IMG/VR virus record: IMGVR_UViG_3300027744_000008 | From: a virus | Taxonomy: Duplodnaviria > Heunggongvirae > Uroviricota > Caudoviricetes | Strand: one strand, 5' to 3' | DNA length: 64,000 nucleotides | In this document: positions 53,312 to 64,000 of the stretch, piece after piece | Layout: each line of letters opens with the position of its first letter | Numbering within the stretch: the first letter of the stretch is position 1 | Notes under the pieces: model-generated | Database searches by the model: none | Told to the model about the DNA's origin: nothing | What the model saw: the letters and a program-made list of their open reading frames with translations, nothing else | Position numbers and translations under genes: made by a program

Positions 53312-54268
53312 TTATAGAGTTAATTGATTAGCAATACTCGGTGTAATTGAAAAAGCACCTGTGATCGGTGTTATTGTGCCTGTACTTGTCAATGTTCCGT
53401 CAACAACTTCATCAATCGCTGCTCCTATACCAGTTGCAGCTTGCGGAGCAGCATCTGTTAATACTACAGTAATTTCAATTACTGCCAGTGAAGAAATATA
53501 TTTTGCATTAACTGTTACAGTGTTATTAGCATAAGGGCTTGCTTGTGTATTAGTATAAATTGTTTGATCAACAGCAGATAGTGTACGACCAGTTACTGTG
53601 CCGCTTGCGCCAGATTTTGTAACAGTGAATGTACCAAATGATGTAGCACTTGAACTAACTGCCATTGTCAATGTACCTAATCCAGATAGCGAATTGACCC
53701 AAGCATTATATTTGGTTAAGTTTGATGTTACACCGCCGCCTGTTAAACTGGCTGCATATTTAATTGTACCACCAGAATTAAAATAGTATCTTGCTTGGGT
53801 AGCGTCACTAAAAGTAACTCTAAAAGAATGAGTAATAGTTGGAACACCTGTTCCCCAGCTAGTACTTCTAGTAGAAGTAGTAGTTGCGCTGCCTAGTTGC
53901 GTATTAAAAGCTGTTAATTTGTTAGTTACACAGGCATCTGCTACACCTTGCATTTGTGTTACAATAGCATTACTAATAACTGATCCTGCAGCAATAGTTC
54001 TTAAGTTTGCCCATGCTGAGCCGCCACCGGTTCCTGTACCAACTGCTCCAATTTGATGAGTCCTTGCTTTTACTAAGTCAGTTCTTAAATTAACCCAGGT
54101 CGAAGCTCTAGTAACAGTACCTGCAAGAACTTGACTGCTAACTACAGATTGTCCATACCCAAATTTTGAATCTGCTGCATTCGTGCTTGGATTAGTGCCG
54201 CCTGCACCAAGAACTGCTGCTACTTTTTTTTGAATAGCATTGAATGTTGCTGCTGAAATTGTTGCCAT
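53312..54268 (-). CDS. virion structural protein, Thr/Ser/Gly/Ala-rich
   Basis: GYGQ, LRTDL..AR.HQ and ARYYFNSGG.I motifs; tail context. Confidence 0.65.
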   Translation of the reverse strand: MATISAATFNAIQKKVAAVLGAGGTNPSTNAADSKFGYGQSVVSSQVLAGTVTRASTWVNLRTDLVKARTHQIGAVGTGTGGGSAWANLRTIAAGSVISNAIVTQMQGVADACVTNKLTAFNTQLGSATTTSTRSTSWGTGVPTITHSFRVTFSDATQARYYFNSGGTIKYAASLTGGGVTSNLTKYNAWVNSLSGLGTLTMAVSSSATSFGTFTVTKSGASGTVTGRTLSAVDQTIYTNTQASPYANNTVTVNAKYISSLAVIEITVVLTDAAPQAATGIGAAIDEVVDGTLTSTGTITPITGAFSITPSIANQLTL

Positions 54269-54280
54269 TTTGTTTATTCC

Positions 54281-55813
54281 TTATAAAATGATTGATTCTA
54301 TTAACTTAATACCAGCATCATCACTAGACTCTAATGCTATTGCAAAAGTATCAGGGAAGTTACTGGCTCTTACCGGTGTGCCTACTAATAATAACCGAGC
54401 AACACCTGCACAGCCATTACTAGAAGCAACTAATTTATCACCTTTTGTAACAGGTCCTAGAACCTTAATTGGCACTCGACCTTTAAGGGCCAGCGGAGTT
54501 CCGCCTACTAGACCGCTATTCATTAAGTATGCTGGTGCACCGCTTACAGCACCAAATGCTCTATGTCCAGGCTGGCAAGCAGTAACTTCTTGCTCGCCGC
54601 CGACCATTAAGACTGTGCCTACTTCGTATTCTTCATCTGCTAGATATTTCTCAGCTAAGTCAGCGCCTTCGGCAAAGATTGCATCACCCCTGAATGTAGT
54701 TGCGTAGATATCTCCTGCTGAATCTCGAGCAGCCACGGTGTTCGGAGTATCAGCAGTGTCAGCTAGTCTATATGCGCTACCATCAACCTGTAACCTGTCA
54801 GATTGTGTAACTGTACCGTAGAAATTTGTTGACCATACTTCTTTAAATTTGTAACTGGTATTACCCAATGTACTAACATTATCTGCTAATGGCAATAAAT
54901 CTTTACCAGAAATCTCAACAGCGCCGACCATAATACCTGATAGCTTAGTTTTAAATTGGATTCTAGTGCCATCAATGTTTTGTATTAATGGGATGTCACT
55001 AGTAATTTTAACTTCGAGTTTTGGTGGATTACCAATTTGAAAACCGTCATTGTAAAATCCTATAAGATTGTCAAACGATTGATCAAATCCGTCTGTTCTT
55101 ACAAAGTTAACACCGTCTACAAAATCTCCGGCTATAATCAAGCCATCTGCAGCAGTAGCAGTACCGTGATATCGATATTCTGATGCGTCTTCAGGTATGC
55201 CATTGGAGCCACCGCTATTAATTAGAGTAAGACCCTTGTAAATATGTGTAAACGTATTGCCGTATAATTCTTTATCTGCTGTACTCAATTCAAAATCTTC
55301 ACTAGATATAACATAAACAACAATTCCTGCTACTACAGCTTCGATAATAGTGTATTCAGTTGGGGATGGTAGATCATCAAACACTAGTTTAGTACGCATT
55401 TCGGTAATTCCAAGATTGGCAGAACTTTGAGGGCCTACTAGTGTATATTCGTCTCCGGACCAAACATATAGTTGCTGCTTAATTGAATCCCAATAAAAAT
55501 CCCCGATACCTAATCCAGAAGGTTCTGATGTTGCTACAGTAGATCCGTTAATTGATCTAAAACTAGTACCGTCCCAGAATCTTAATTTTCCCGGAGAAGC
55601 TGAGCTATCATACCAAATTTGCCCAGTAATTTTTTTGCTTGGTTGCGTGATATCGGCAAAATTTTCCAGTAAACGAACAAAATTTTCGTTCTGAATCTCG
55701 CCGTAACCAGCATAATTTTTACCAACTAGTTTTAAACTAGTTGTTTGATCTATTGTTCCATCTGCTACCGTAGCAAGCAAATCACCGTTTGTTTTATTAA
55801 TGCTGTAAGGCAT
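54281..55813 (-). CDS. tail fibre/baseplate protein with C-terminal chaperone-like domain
   Basis: Shared N-terminal GKNY.GYG..NENF.LLENFA domain; C-terminal ADLAEKY...ALKGRVP. Confidence 0.7.
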   Translation of the reverse strand: MPYSINKTNGDLLATVADGTIDQTTSLKLVGKNYAGYGEIQNENFVRLLENFADITQPSKKITGQIWYDSSASPGKLRFWDGTSFRSINGSTVATSEPSGLGIGDFYWDSIKQQLYVWSGDEYTLVGPQSSANLGITEMRTKLVFDDLPSPTEYTIIEAVVAGIVVYVISSEDFELSTADKELYGNTFTHIYKGLTLINSGGSNGIPEDASEYRYHGTATAADGLIIAGDFVDGVNFVRTDGFDQSFDNLIGFYNDGFQIGNPPKLEVKITSDIPLIQNIDGTRIQFKTKLSGIMVGAVEISGKDLLPLADNVSTLGNTSYKFKEVWSTNFYGTVTQSDRLQVDGSAYRLADTADTPNTVAARDSAGDIYATTFRGDAIFAEGADLAEKYLADEEYEVGTVLMVGGEQEVTACQPGHRAFGAVSGAPAYLMNSGLVGGTPLALKGRVPIKVLGPVTKGDKLVASSNGCAGVARLLLVGTPVRASNFPDTFAIALESSDDAGIKLIESIIL

Positions 55814-55838
55814 TGATTGACCCCTTTGTTTTATTTAT

Positions 55839-58199
55839 TTAAAATGCGTAAGATACGTTCAAACTTGTATTCCAGTACCACTCGTTAGGCGATCCTGAGA
55901 TCAATTGATAAACCCTTAATGTTCTAACAACTAAAGGTGTTACTGCAATTCCGTCAAAATCCATAGTAGTTTTAGTGCATTGTACGTAGATCTTTGCACC
56001 AATAACGTGATTAGCTACTGGAAATGTATCACTTAACAATGTAATAACATCACCATCGGCTAGATCTCCGCCTAGCACATTGGTTAGTTCTAGATTAAAT
56101 CGTAAAGGCAAAGCAGCAATATATGTTTGTAATGTTAAGTTACTGACTGCATCGTCAGTAGTAGAACTTTGAATAGTACCTTGCACACTGGCTGTTGCAC
56201 TATCAGTAAACGCCCCAGAGATAGTGAAAGATCCAGTGATAGCAGTGACCACAGTCCAAGTGCCGTTGTATTGGCCAACTGATCCGCTTGATGCTGTAGT
56301 TCCAGCTATTATGACTGTAGTTCCAGCTGGAAATTTGTCAATGGTTCCTGTTCCATGAACCACTGTTGCAACTGTGGCAGTAGAAGATATACTACTTGTA
56401 GGTATAGAAGTACCATGCACTAGTTGAGAAGGGGAGCTAGAATCGTAGACTGTTTCAGCAAGATTAGTAATTCTTGAACTATTAACAGCGATTGTATTGA
56501 TAGGCAATGTTGATTCTATAACACTGCCGTTTATGTTAATGTCATCTACCTGTAACTGGGCAAGTGTTCCAAATGAAGTTAAACTCGAATTTACCACTCC
56601 GGACCCAAGTGTAGTTGCTGACAGTACAGAAGTTCCTTCAATTCTATATTCTAATGCAGGGCCAAATGCCGAAGGATAGTCAATGTTAATACTATGTGTA
56701 GAAGTCCAATTCAACGGAGTTTCTTTAAATTTCCATTCTGCAAGTACGTTACCTGTTCCCCTGTTAACTTCAAAACCAGATTCAAATCCAGCAGTAACAG
56801 CACTTACTTGTCCGTCATTTAGAGTAATTACATTATCTAAAATCCTAGTATCAGTACTGGTAACAGTGTCTCCTAAAACAGTAAAATCTCCTTCTACTAC
56901 CGTGTTGCCTTTGACTCTTAGATCAGATCTAAATAACCCTCTACCGTTTACATCAAGTTCTACTAAAGGCTCGTCATTTAGAATACCAACTCTAGGTAAA
57001 AACGATTTTCTTAGTTCACCGTTCCATGGATCTCCAAAAAATGTTTCAGCTGGGTCATCATAGGTAGTTAATGTAATTGTACTTGTAACAGTCACCGCGG
57101 TTGTTGTAATAGCTGTAATTACTGCTGTTTCAAAAAGTTGTTTAGAACTAACAATCCCCGGAATAGTGTAATAGTAAATCTCTATCTCGTCGCCTACTTG
57201 ATATGGTTCAACTATTTCTTCAACTGCTCCATTGTCTAAATTTCCAAATGTTATAACTAAATTTGTTCCATCTCCTGTAAACAAATATGCAGGAATGACT
57301 TTAAGACCGGTGTTGTAAATTTTAATACCTTTATAACCTTCTGTTGTATCAGTTACAAATGTTAAACTTTGATTAGTGCCATTACCTTGAATTTTAAATT
57401 CAGCAGATTCAGATATAATTTCTGTATTTTGTGAACTGCCTAATATTAAAGGATTATCACTTTCTATAGTAAGTGTTGCTTCGCTACCTTCATCGTAGGC
57501 AATTAAAGAACTACCCGTTGTTTTTACAAAATTATCAGGAGTGTATATATTATCTTCACTGTCTATCAGTTGGCTAGCACTGGTAACTGGTACGTCAAAT
57601 AGTAATCCTGAGGCATTTCCTAGATTAAATCCTTTAACTATATTCCCAGTAAACCCATTAATTGCAGGCGACGGAGTAAACGCATCCTTACTGAATATAC
57701 CGATTAACAAATCAGCATTATAAAGTATACTGATAGTATGTTCTTTTTCTGCTGTGTCAAAAACAGATACTGTTTGTAGTCCCGATACACCTTGACTAGA
57801 AGTATAGGAAGGGCCTGCTATTATGTGAGTGCTACTGTCAATGTAAAAATGTAACTGTTGATTAGCAGTGTCTATCCAGATGTCGCCGGCAACTGCATTT
57901 GACGGGGCTGTAGCAGATAAAATTGTTCCACCGGTTACCTTAAAACCATCTCCATTATAAATTTTTAGCCTTTCGTCACTAGTATCATACCATATTTGTC
58001 CAACTAGGGGCTGAGGAGGAGACGAACTACTAGCAAAATTTTCCAATAAGCGAACAAAATTTTCGTTAAATGCTTCTCCGTAGTTGACTGCATTTTTTCC
58101 TATCAGAGTAAGATCAGTGGCGGTTGTATCGACTGTGCCGTCTGCTATGTTATCTGTTAGGATAGATCCATCTGTTTTGTTTATTGTGTAGCTGCTCAT
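55839..58199 (-). CDS. tail fibre/baseplate protein
   Basis: Same N-terminal domain; GQIWYD and GDIWID repeats. Confidence 0.7.
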   Translation of the reverse strand: MSSYTINKTDGSILTDNIADGTVDTTATDLTLIGKNAVNYGEAFNENFVRLLENFASSSSPPQPLVGQIWYDTSDERLKIYNGDGFKVTGGTILSATAPSNAVAGDIWIDTANQQLHFYIDSSTHIIAGPSYTSSQGVSGLQTVSVFDTAEKEHTISILYNADLLIGIFSKDAFTPSPAINGFTGNIVKGFNLGNASGLLFDVPVTSASQLIDSEDNIYTPDNFVKTTGSSLIAYDEGSEATLTIESDNPLILGSSQNTEIISESAEFKIQGNGTNQSLTFVTDTTEGYKGIKIYNTGLKVIPAYLFTGDGTNLVITFGNLDNGAVEEIVEPYQVGDEIEIYYYTIPGIVSSKQLFETAVITAITTTAVTVTSTITLTTYDDPAETFFGDPWNGELRKSFLPRVGILNDEPLVELDVNGRGLFRSDLRVKGNTVVEGDFTVLGDTVTSTDTRILDNVITLNDGQVSAVTAGFESGFEVNRGTGNVLAEWKFKETPLNWTSTHSINIDYPSAFGPALEYRIEGTSVLSATTLGSGVVNSSLTSFGTLAQLQVDDININGSVIESTLPINTIAVNSSRITNLAETVYDSSSPSQLVHGTSIPTSSISSTATVATVVHGTGTIDKFPAGTTVIIAGTTASSGSVGQYNGTWTVVTAITGSFTISGAFTDSATASVQGTIQSSTTDDAVSNLTLQTYIAALPLRFNLELTNVLGGDLADGDVITLLSDTFPVANHVIGAKIYVQCTKTTMDFDGIAVTPLVVRTLRVYQLISGSPNEWYWNTSLNVSYAF

Positions 58200-60370
58200 G
58201 ATGTGGCACCAGTATAAATGATATATGTAATTGTTAAGTATGGATTCATAATGTTGACAGCTGTTCCTAAACTTCCTGAAACAACTTCTACTCCTCCACT
58301 GTTCTTTAGTAGTCTTGCACCGTTGGCGGCACCGCCTAGGCCGTCAGTTAACTCAGTATTAGCATCAGTAAAGGTAGAATCACCGATAGCTCCGTACTGT
58401 CCTCCGGTTGTTCCTTTTAACGTATGTTTATGTTCTGGAAGATTGTTTACAGTCAGTGTTTTTGTAGATGATCCAGACCCAGATCCTATAGATCTAGCAG
58501 ATTCTTCAGCTACCCGTTCTGCTAGGCCGCCGCCGGCGTCAACTGTGATAGGTATTGGACTATCAACAGAATCCTGTGTAGTAATATCCGGTAACGTGGT
58601 ATTATCCATGTTATCTTTACCCAGTGGGAATCTTCCTCTTAAATCTGGCAGCTTAAATGTTCCAGCACCAATTAAACTACCAGCACCTTTATAAAGATCT
58701 CCTATTTTAGAATACAATAAATTATACGTGGCCTTTGACACCTCACTACCGTCACAGAAAAGATAACCGCTTGGTAAGGTTGCCCCGGCATACGGCATAA
58801 TTGCACCTACTGGCACTAGAGCTACCCCGTCAAAAAACTTTTCTTTTGTTGTTTTCTTTAAATCAGTAGTATTAGGACGGTAAACCAACATCTCGTCTGT
58901 GGCTAAAACGACAGTGCTAAGTGTAGTTGGGTCTTCTAATACTGCTTTATTAGTAATAAAATTAGAACTAATAGAAGTACTGAAGTTAACTGCTCCTCCA
59001 TCTGTTTGGCCGTTGAAGCTAAAACCAGTTGAGCTTACATCTCCTGATATTGTAAAATTAGTTGCACTGGTTAGTTTATTTGCTGCGCCAGCTATGGTGC
59101 TGCCGCCTAATGTTCCTGTGAAAGTTCCAATGACGTTACCATAAAAATAATCAGCATATACATTTCTAAATTTGATTGTTTCAGATCCAATATCATATTT
59201 ACTATTAGCTTCTATACTGCCAGGCATTAAGGCTGTGCCGACTATAGGAGCACCTTGAGCATCAATCCTATCCACATATAATATACCATTGATACGGGCG
59301 TTTGCACCAACTTTTAATGACTTATTGATAACTGCGCCACCAAGTGTGTTGATACTCCCCGATGACAACGTTGATGCATCTTGTGTGCCGGTGACTAATA
59401 ATCGGCTGTCTGTTCTGATATTTCCAGATACGTCTAATTGTTCAGTTGGATCAAGTTTATTAATACCAACATTAGCTGTTACACTGTTGATACGGACAGC
59501 TATTTGATCTCCCGTGTCAGTAGTTACTTTAAAATCTATACTGGATCCCGATGTTCTATTCCAAATTGTTGATCTTGCATCATCTACTTTTAACACAAAC
59601 GACAAATCGTTACCTATTTGTAAACCGTCGTTAGATCTAATACTGAATTTAACAGCACTGGGCGTTTCTTTATCGCTGCGTAAAAAATTAGCAGGATCAA
59701 CTGATGTAGTACCAACAACTAATGCGTTTGCCCTCTGTGCTGTACCCCAATATTTAATTGGTGAAGTAGTGCTATTTGCATCAGTCGACGATAAATTGAT
59801 ACCTTTGTTAATTTCCTTAAAACCTACTATTGTTGATTTAGGTATAAAAGTTGTGCTACTTACTATGGCAGTCCGTATGCCGCCAACCCAAAGAGTAATT
59901 ACAACATTAGTACTGTTCGTTAAATCAATTATTGATTCTATTTCAGGCCCGGTTTTGACACCTGCACTAAACTGGGGTCCCACTAAAATCCATGTAGAAC
60001 CATTCCAGAATTTTAATTGTTGGTTGGCAGTGTCGGACCAAAGGTCTCCGCTATTAGGATTTGTCGGCGCACTTGAGGATTTTTTAATACCACCAGTTGA
60101 TGACCAAGTAGTACTATCCCAGACCTTTAATTGATTCTCACCTGCAGAATTATCAAACCATAACTGCCCCTGTACAGGATTAGACGGGGCGGTATTATTA
60201 GCAAAATTCTCCATTAAGTGGAGAAAATTTTCAGCAATATACGATCCATAACCTGGAAAATTTTTCCCTACAAATGTTAACGCAGTTTGCTGATCAAGTG
60301 TTTGATCATCGACAGTAATTATTTGTTTTGCAGGGTTATTAGTTTCAGTAAATTTAACTTGATAACTCAT
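58196..60370 (-). CDS. tail fibre protein with tail-collar domain
   Basis: VPVGAIMPYAG..LPSGYLFCDG...FKLPDLRGRFP; NLPEHKH. Confidence 0.85.
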   Translation of the reverse strand: MSYQVKFTETNNPAKQIITVDDQTLDQQTALTFVGKNFPGYGSYIAENFLHLMENFANNTAPSNPVQGQLWFDNSAGENQLKVWDSTTWSSTGGIKKSSSAPTNPNSGDLWSDTANQQLKFWNGSTWILVGPQFSAGVKTGPEIESIIDLTNSTNVVITLWVGGIRTAIVSSTTFIPKSTIVGFKEINKGINLSSTDANSTTSPIKYWGTAQRANALVVGTTSVDPANFLRSDKETPSAVKFSIRSNDGLQIGNDLSFVLKVDDARSTIWNRTSGSSIDFKVTTDTGDQIAVRINSVTANVGINKLDPTEQLDVSGNIRTDSRLLVTGTQDASTLSSGSINTLGGAVINKSLKVGANARINGILYVDRIDAQGAPIVGTALMPGSIEANSKYDIGSETIKFRNVYADYFYGNVIGTFTGTLGGSTIAGAANKLTSATNFTISGDVSSTGFSFNGQTDGGAVNFSTSISSNFITNKAVLEDPTTLSTVVLATDEMLVYRPNTTDLKKTTKEKFFDGVALVPVGAIMPYAGATLPSGYLFCDGSEVSKATYNLLYSKIGDLYKGAGSLIGAGTFKLPDLRGRFPLGKDNMDNTTLPDITTQDSVDSPIPITVDAGGGLAERVAEESARSIGSGSGSSTKTLTVNNLPEHKHTLKGTTGGQYGAIGDSTFTDANTELTDGLGGAANGARLLKNSGGVEVVSGSLGTAVNIMNPYLTITYIIYTGATS

Positions 60371-60371
60371 A

Positions 60372-60980
60372 TTATACTCCTGCCAAACCAGTTAGTGTTT
60401 GAATACGTACAGTATAATCAATTTGTATTAGTCTGTTTAAACTTTTTTGTACAGGATGAAATATCACGTGTGTTAGTAGCAAACTTTGTCCAGTTGAATT
60501 ATATGAACGTAATCCTAATTCATCAAATACATACTCAGACTCATTATTAGTAGTGTTATCAAATGCTTGTTGATCACTGGGCTCGCCATAGTCTAATAAA
60601 CAAGTTACAAAAATATCTGTGTAATTTGTTCCTGTTACGTGTCTAGATTCAACAAAATTCCTAGTAGGATCAACGTTGGTGCTAGATCTATCATCAACTA
60701 CTTTGTAATAAGTTCTATTATATAAACTAGAATTAGTACCAGTAGTATTTGAACTTAGATATGTAATGATGCCCGTGGGGTCTACCGCAGTTCCTCCATT
60801 ACCAAAGTCCATTTGATATATGAATCCTTGTCCAGAATTAGAAAGACTATCTGCTAGGGCAACACTCATATTTTCGTAATGTATAGCATTACGTTTATTA
60901 ACAAAAATTTCATCAGTAGACGGATCCCATATTTTAATATGACCTGCTACATGAACTCCGGAAAAATCCTTATTTTGCAT
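60372..60980 (-). CDS. virion structural (baseplate-associated) protein
   Basis: TAAATA at 61002-61007 on minus; FDELGL and HPVQKSLNR.IQIDYTVRI. Confidence 0.65.
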   Translation of the reverse strand: MQNKDFSGVHVAGHIKIWDPSTDEIFVNKRNAIHYENMSVALADSLSNSGQGFIYQMDFGNGGTAVDPTGIITYLSSNTTGTNSSLYNRTYYKVVDDRSSTNVDPTRNFVESRHVTGTNYTDIFVTCLLDYGEPSDQQAFDNTTNNESEYVFDELGLRSYNSTGQSLLLTHVIFHPVQKSLNRLIQIDYTVRIQTLTGLAGV

Positions 60981-61026
60981 TTTAAAACTCTCTTTATATT
61001 GTATTTATCTATCCAGTTATCTGGTA

Positions 61027-63999
61027 TTATTTGTCTCGTATAAATTTAGCAATAGGATTGTTAGAGTGTGCTAGAGATGCACCCAAATCTGCCCATACTG
61101 CGCCTGTTCGCTTGACTAGTGTAATTTTTGTTCCTTCAGTTAGTCTATTTGTTAGACGCACTGCGCTATTTTCACCATCTACAGAGAATTCAGCTTCAAA
61201 TTGAACATCTCCCTCAGGGCTTTCGTAATGATTTTTTACGTTATGAACTTTATAAGGAACTTTACTTAATCTAATATTTCCTGTAAAATATTCCCAATTG
61301 TCGATATCATCAATAAATGACTCACTGCTAGTGTGTGCTGTAATACAGCTATAATTATAGCTGCCTACAACTACTATATCTCCAATATTGTAACTTAGAC
61401 TAGAAATCCATTCCCCTTGTACGTCATAGCCGCCGACAAACATTTCAATATCGTTTGATTGTCCGTAGGTTCTAGGAACACTTTGATATGTAACAAGATC
61501 CAGTGTACCGGTTCCAGTAGTACCTTTTATCCATTGTGCAGTGCCGTTGGCTTGGCCTGGGCCAGTTGCAGTAAATATTGTTCCTACTTCTGGTTGGCCA
61601 GTTATAGTAGTAGAGACAACTGTTTGGCCAAAGTTAACTGTATATGTACCTTCACCACCGTCACCAGTGTTAAATGCTGTAATATAAGTACCTAAAACTA
61701 TATCGTCACCAGTAATATAAGTCCCCACTGCTAGTTCTCCAGAGGTAACATCAGTAACAGTTAGTGTATTACTTGTAATTGATCCAGTTACTACAGTGGT
61801 GCTGGCTGCACCGATGTCTACCCAGTTAGTTCGACCTATTTTAAAAATTTTATATTGATTACCAACTACAAAACTTCCAGCTGTCACATTGCCAATTCCT
61901 GCACGGAATTTAACACCTACTTGATTTGCAGATGCGCCAGCTGTCCTAAAATCACTTGTTCCAAGTTTAGTAATTACATAATAATTATCGATTTCAACAT
62001 CTTGAGCAGTTGTAGGAACTAATATAGTTTTTCTGTACCAGCTGTTGTTTAGATCAACACTGCTTGTATCTAAGGTTGGTGTAACCTTAAATGAATACTC
62101 TAGATCAGATCCTATTTTTGTCCACTTAATTGATTCAAATGTATTTGCACTGGTATGTGCAACAAGACATTCGTATCTATAACCGTTATATGAAACAATG
62201 TCACCTAATGTGTAATTTAAAGATGACTTCCAGGTTGATAAAGTAGTATGTTGCTCAATGTAGGTATTATCTCTGTAAGGAATAGTTTCAGTTTTACCAA
62301 TGTCTTGCACAAGAGTACCTGCTTCATAGACTGTACGGATGCCTGTTCCCAGTGTACCACGACGTATTTGACTCAACACATTTTTTTCTCGTTTGTAATA
62401 CTCGATACGTTCGCCAAAAATTTCGATAATGCCGGGTAATCTTTTAGCAGGATTTGGATTAGATAATACTGATCCTCTAGCTACCGTTATAGTCATGTCA
62501 TTCCAGTTTAAATCTTCTGCTAACTTAGTTTGTCGGGCTTCAGACAATCTCTTATAGTGTACACGATTTAATATGTCTTTGAACTGCATAAAGGCAAAAC
62601 TGTCAACAACAATATTATTGCTAAATGTCATTATTGCAAATTTATCATCAGTTGCTGGTTGTTGATCAAGATAAACAGATGTTAGATCTAAGTTTAGTTT
62701 ATAGTCTATGTTTGGTTGCAATATTTTACCATTTTTAGTTAACCAAACATAACTACTATCGATTACTGGACGAGGCAGTTTAATATTTTTGCCATACACA
62801 CTTAGATAATCAAACACTTCTAACGATGCTGGATCAAATGATATATTTGAACTAACTGTTCTTGATGTTTGTTTAATGTCTAAAATATCGTGCTTATAAA
62901 AACTGATTACACTAATAGTCTGGCCAGCATCTGGAGTCAAGTCAAAAAGTATAGTTGTTCCATCACAACTGTAACTATTTTCATAGATTACACTAACTGT
63001 TAACTGTTTTCCTACATTAGCAACACGTACAGATTTCTTTAGTGTAACTGACACACCAGCTGGATTGATAGAATAATCAGTTAACTTATCTAATTCAACT
63101 CCATCAATGTAGGCAGATATTCTAAGAACTGTTACACTATATGGTTGTACTTTTGCTTTTGGTATTGTATAAGTTACCTTAGTATCAATAGTAAAATATT
63201 CGTTAATTGGCGGTAGATATATTGTGCCAACATCAGATAACACCAGTATATTTGATGCTAGGGGCGCACTAACTCCTACTTTACTAACTAATTGATAAGA
63301 TTGAGAAATACCATCAGTTTCAAATGTTTCATTTTGCATAACACTGTATGACTGCTCACTTGATGATGTTATAACATAATTTAAAATTGCGCCAGCATCT
63401 AAGTTTAATCCAAATCTAATACCTACAACATTAGCAGATTCGTAGCTACTGCTAGTTTTAAATAGAACATAATCTAACACTTCACCGTTCACATAGACTA
63501 AAGAGGTTAGTGTACTTGACCAAGGTGCTTTAGTGATAAATTCGCTTGTTAGTCCATCAGCTACAAAAGAATCTAAGTCTAATAAGTTAGAGCCATTAAA
63601 TCCTGCACTGATAATGCTGATAGTTTCGCCACCAGTAATTCCAATAATATCAGTATTTAGAACAACTGTTTTATTAGAGTAGTCAACTGTGTAATCATCA
63701 TTAGACGTCAAAATTCTATCAGATGATGATATTTTTACAATTACTGCATCTGGAGAATTTGGTGTTTGACCTATGTTGTAGACAGTTCTTGCTCCGTCAT
63801 AGATGTAATTTTTTACCAACATTTTTGCAGAACCGTCTGTAGGACGAGTATAAACTTTGACTGCTAGAGCATCTGACACCTGCCCCGGTATAAACTCTTC
63901 TGGACCTTCGCTGTTTGTTTGAGAAATAAGATCATCACCGTCAATAATGATATCGTCGGCAGCAATACCAGTAGCAGTATTATAGGTTAAATCTCCACC
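61027..63999 (-). CDS. large baseplate/tail structural protein, 5' end beyond the window
   Basis: Frame stays open from 63879 to the window end (…[22 protein letters not shown]…); two CBM5/12-like W...Y..GD.V...Y.C..AHTS repeats. Confidence 0.75.
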   Translation of the reverse strand, partial: GGDLTYNTATGIAADDIIIDGDDLISQTNSEGPEEFIPGQVSDALAVKVYTRPTDGSAKMLVKNYIYDGARTVYNIGQTPNSPDAVIVKISSSDRILTSNDDYTVDYSNKTVVLNTDIIGITGGETISIISAGFNGSNLLDLDSFVADGLTSEFITKAPWSSTLTSLVYVNGEVLDYVLFKTSSSYESANVVGIRFGLNLDAGAILNYVITSSSEQSYSVMQNETFETDGISQSYQLVSKVGVSAPLASNILVLSDVGTIYLPPINEYFTIDTKVTYTIPKAKVQPYSVTVLRISAYIDGVELDKLTDYSINPAGVSVTLKKSVRVANVGKQLTVSVIYENSYSCDGTTILFDLTPDAGQTISVISFYKHDILDIKQTSRTVSSNISFDPASLEVFDYLSVYGKNIKLPRPVIDSSYVWLTKNGKILQPNIDYKLNLDLTSVYLDQQPATDDKFAIMTFSNNIVVDSFAFMQFKDILNRVHYKRLSEARQTKLAEDLNWNDMTITVARGSVLSNPNPAKRLPGIIEIFGERIEYYKREKNVLSQIRRGTLGTGIRTVYEAGTLVQDIGKTETIPYRDNTYIEQHTTLSTWKSSLNYTLGDIVSYNGYRYECLVAHTSANTFESIKWTKIGSDLEYSFKVTPTLDTSSVDLNNSWYRKTILVPTTAQDVEIDNYYVITKLGTSDFRTAGASANQVGVKFRAGIGNVTAGSFVVGNQYKIFKIGRTNWVDIGAASTTVVTGSITSNTLTVTDVTSGELAVGTYITGDDIVLGTYITAFNTGDGGEGTYTVNFGQTVVSTTITGQPEVGTIFTATGPGQANGTAQWIKGTTGTGTLDLVTYQSVPRTYGQSNDIEMFVGGYDVQGEWISSLSYNIGDIVVVGSYNYSCITAHTSSESFIDDIDNWEYFTGNIRLSKVPYKVHNVKNHYESPEGDVQFEAEFSVDGENSAVRLTNRLTEGTKITLVKRTGAVWADLGASLAHSNNPIAKFIRDK

Positions 64000-64000
64000 A

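Noticed and set aside
54281-63999. Diversity-generating retroelement or invertible tail-fibre cassette
   Set aside because: No reverse transcriptase, recombinase, TR/VR pair or inverted crossover sites seen in the window.
1-64000. CRISPR array, tRNA or rRNA genes
   Set aside because: No regularly spaced repeat-spacer series, and no cloverleaf with T-loop and acceptor stem seen in the few intergenic gaps. This was by eye; tRNAscan-SE would be decisive.
1-64000. Stop-codon reassignment, as seen in some large phages
   Set aside because: Known enzymes are full length in the standard code, and TAA, TGA and TAG all end genes at sensible positions.

Overview
AT-rich, gene-dense 64 kb segment of a large (jumbo-type) tailed dsDNA phage. 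It uses the standard genetic code. The host is probably Gram-negative, because two-component spanins and consensus sigma70 promoters are present. Order of modules: clamp loader, dCMP deaminase and PhoH; a lysis cassette (GH19 endolysin, i-/o-spanin, holin); DnaJ and ClpA; a ~12 kb late block (10.2-22.4 kb); replication genes (PolB, sliding clamp, RNase H/FEN, ThyX) interleaved with a 7-deazaguanine pathway (TGT/DpdA-like, QueD-like, FolE, QueE; no QueC in this window), a GT-B glycosyltransferase and a nucleotide-sugar dehydrogenase; a MoxR/VWA pair; and a minus-strand tail/baseplate block that runs directly into four glycosyltransferase-like genes. The most notable signal is the late block. 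Many of its proteins share a T4-capsid-targeting-like N-terminal leader and internal hydrophobic-x-Glu junctions. One domain is flanked by an exact 17-bp DNA repeat that encodes the junction QGVAE, which suggests a swappable, protease-released virion cargo system. Also notable are several candidate structured RNAs (phoH leader switch, an element after dps, twin-hairpin polB operator) and promoters embedded in hairpins. All calls come from reading motifs by eye; no database searches were run. No tRNA, rRNA or CRISPR array was recognised.
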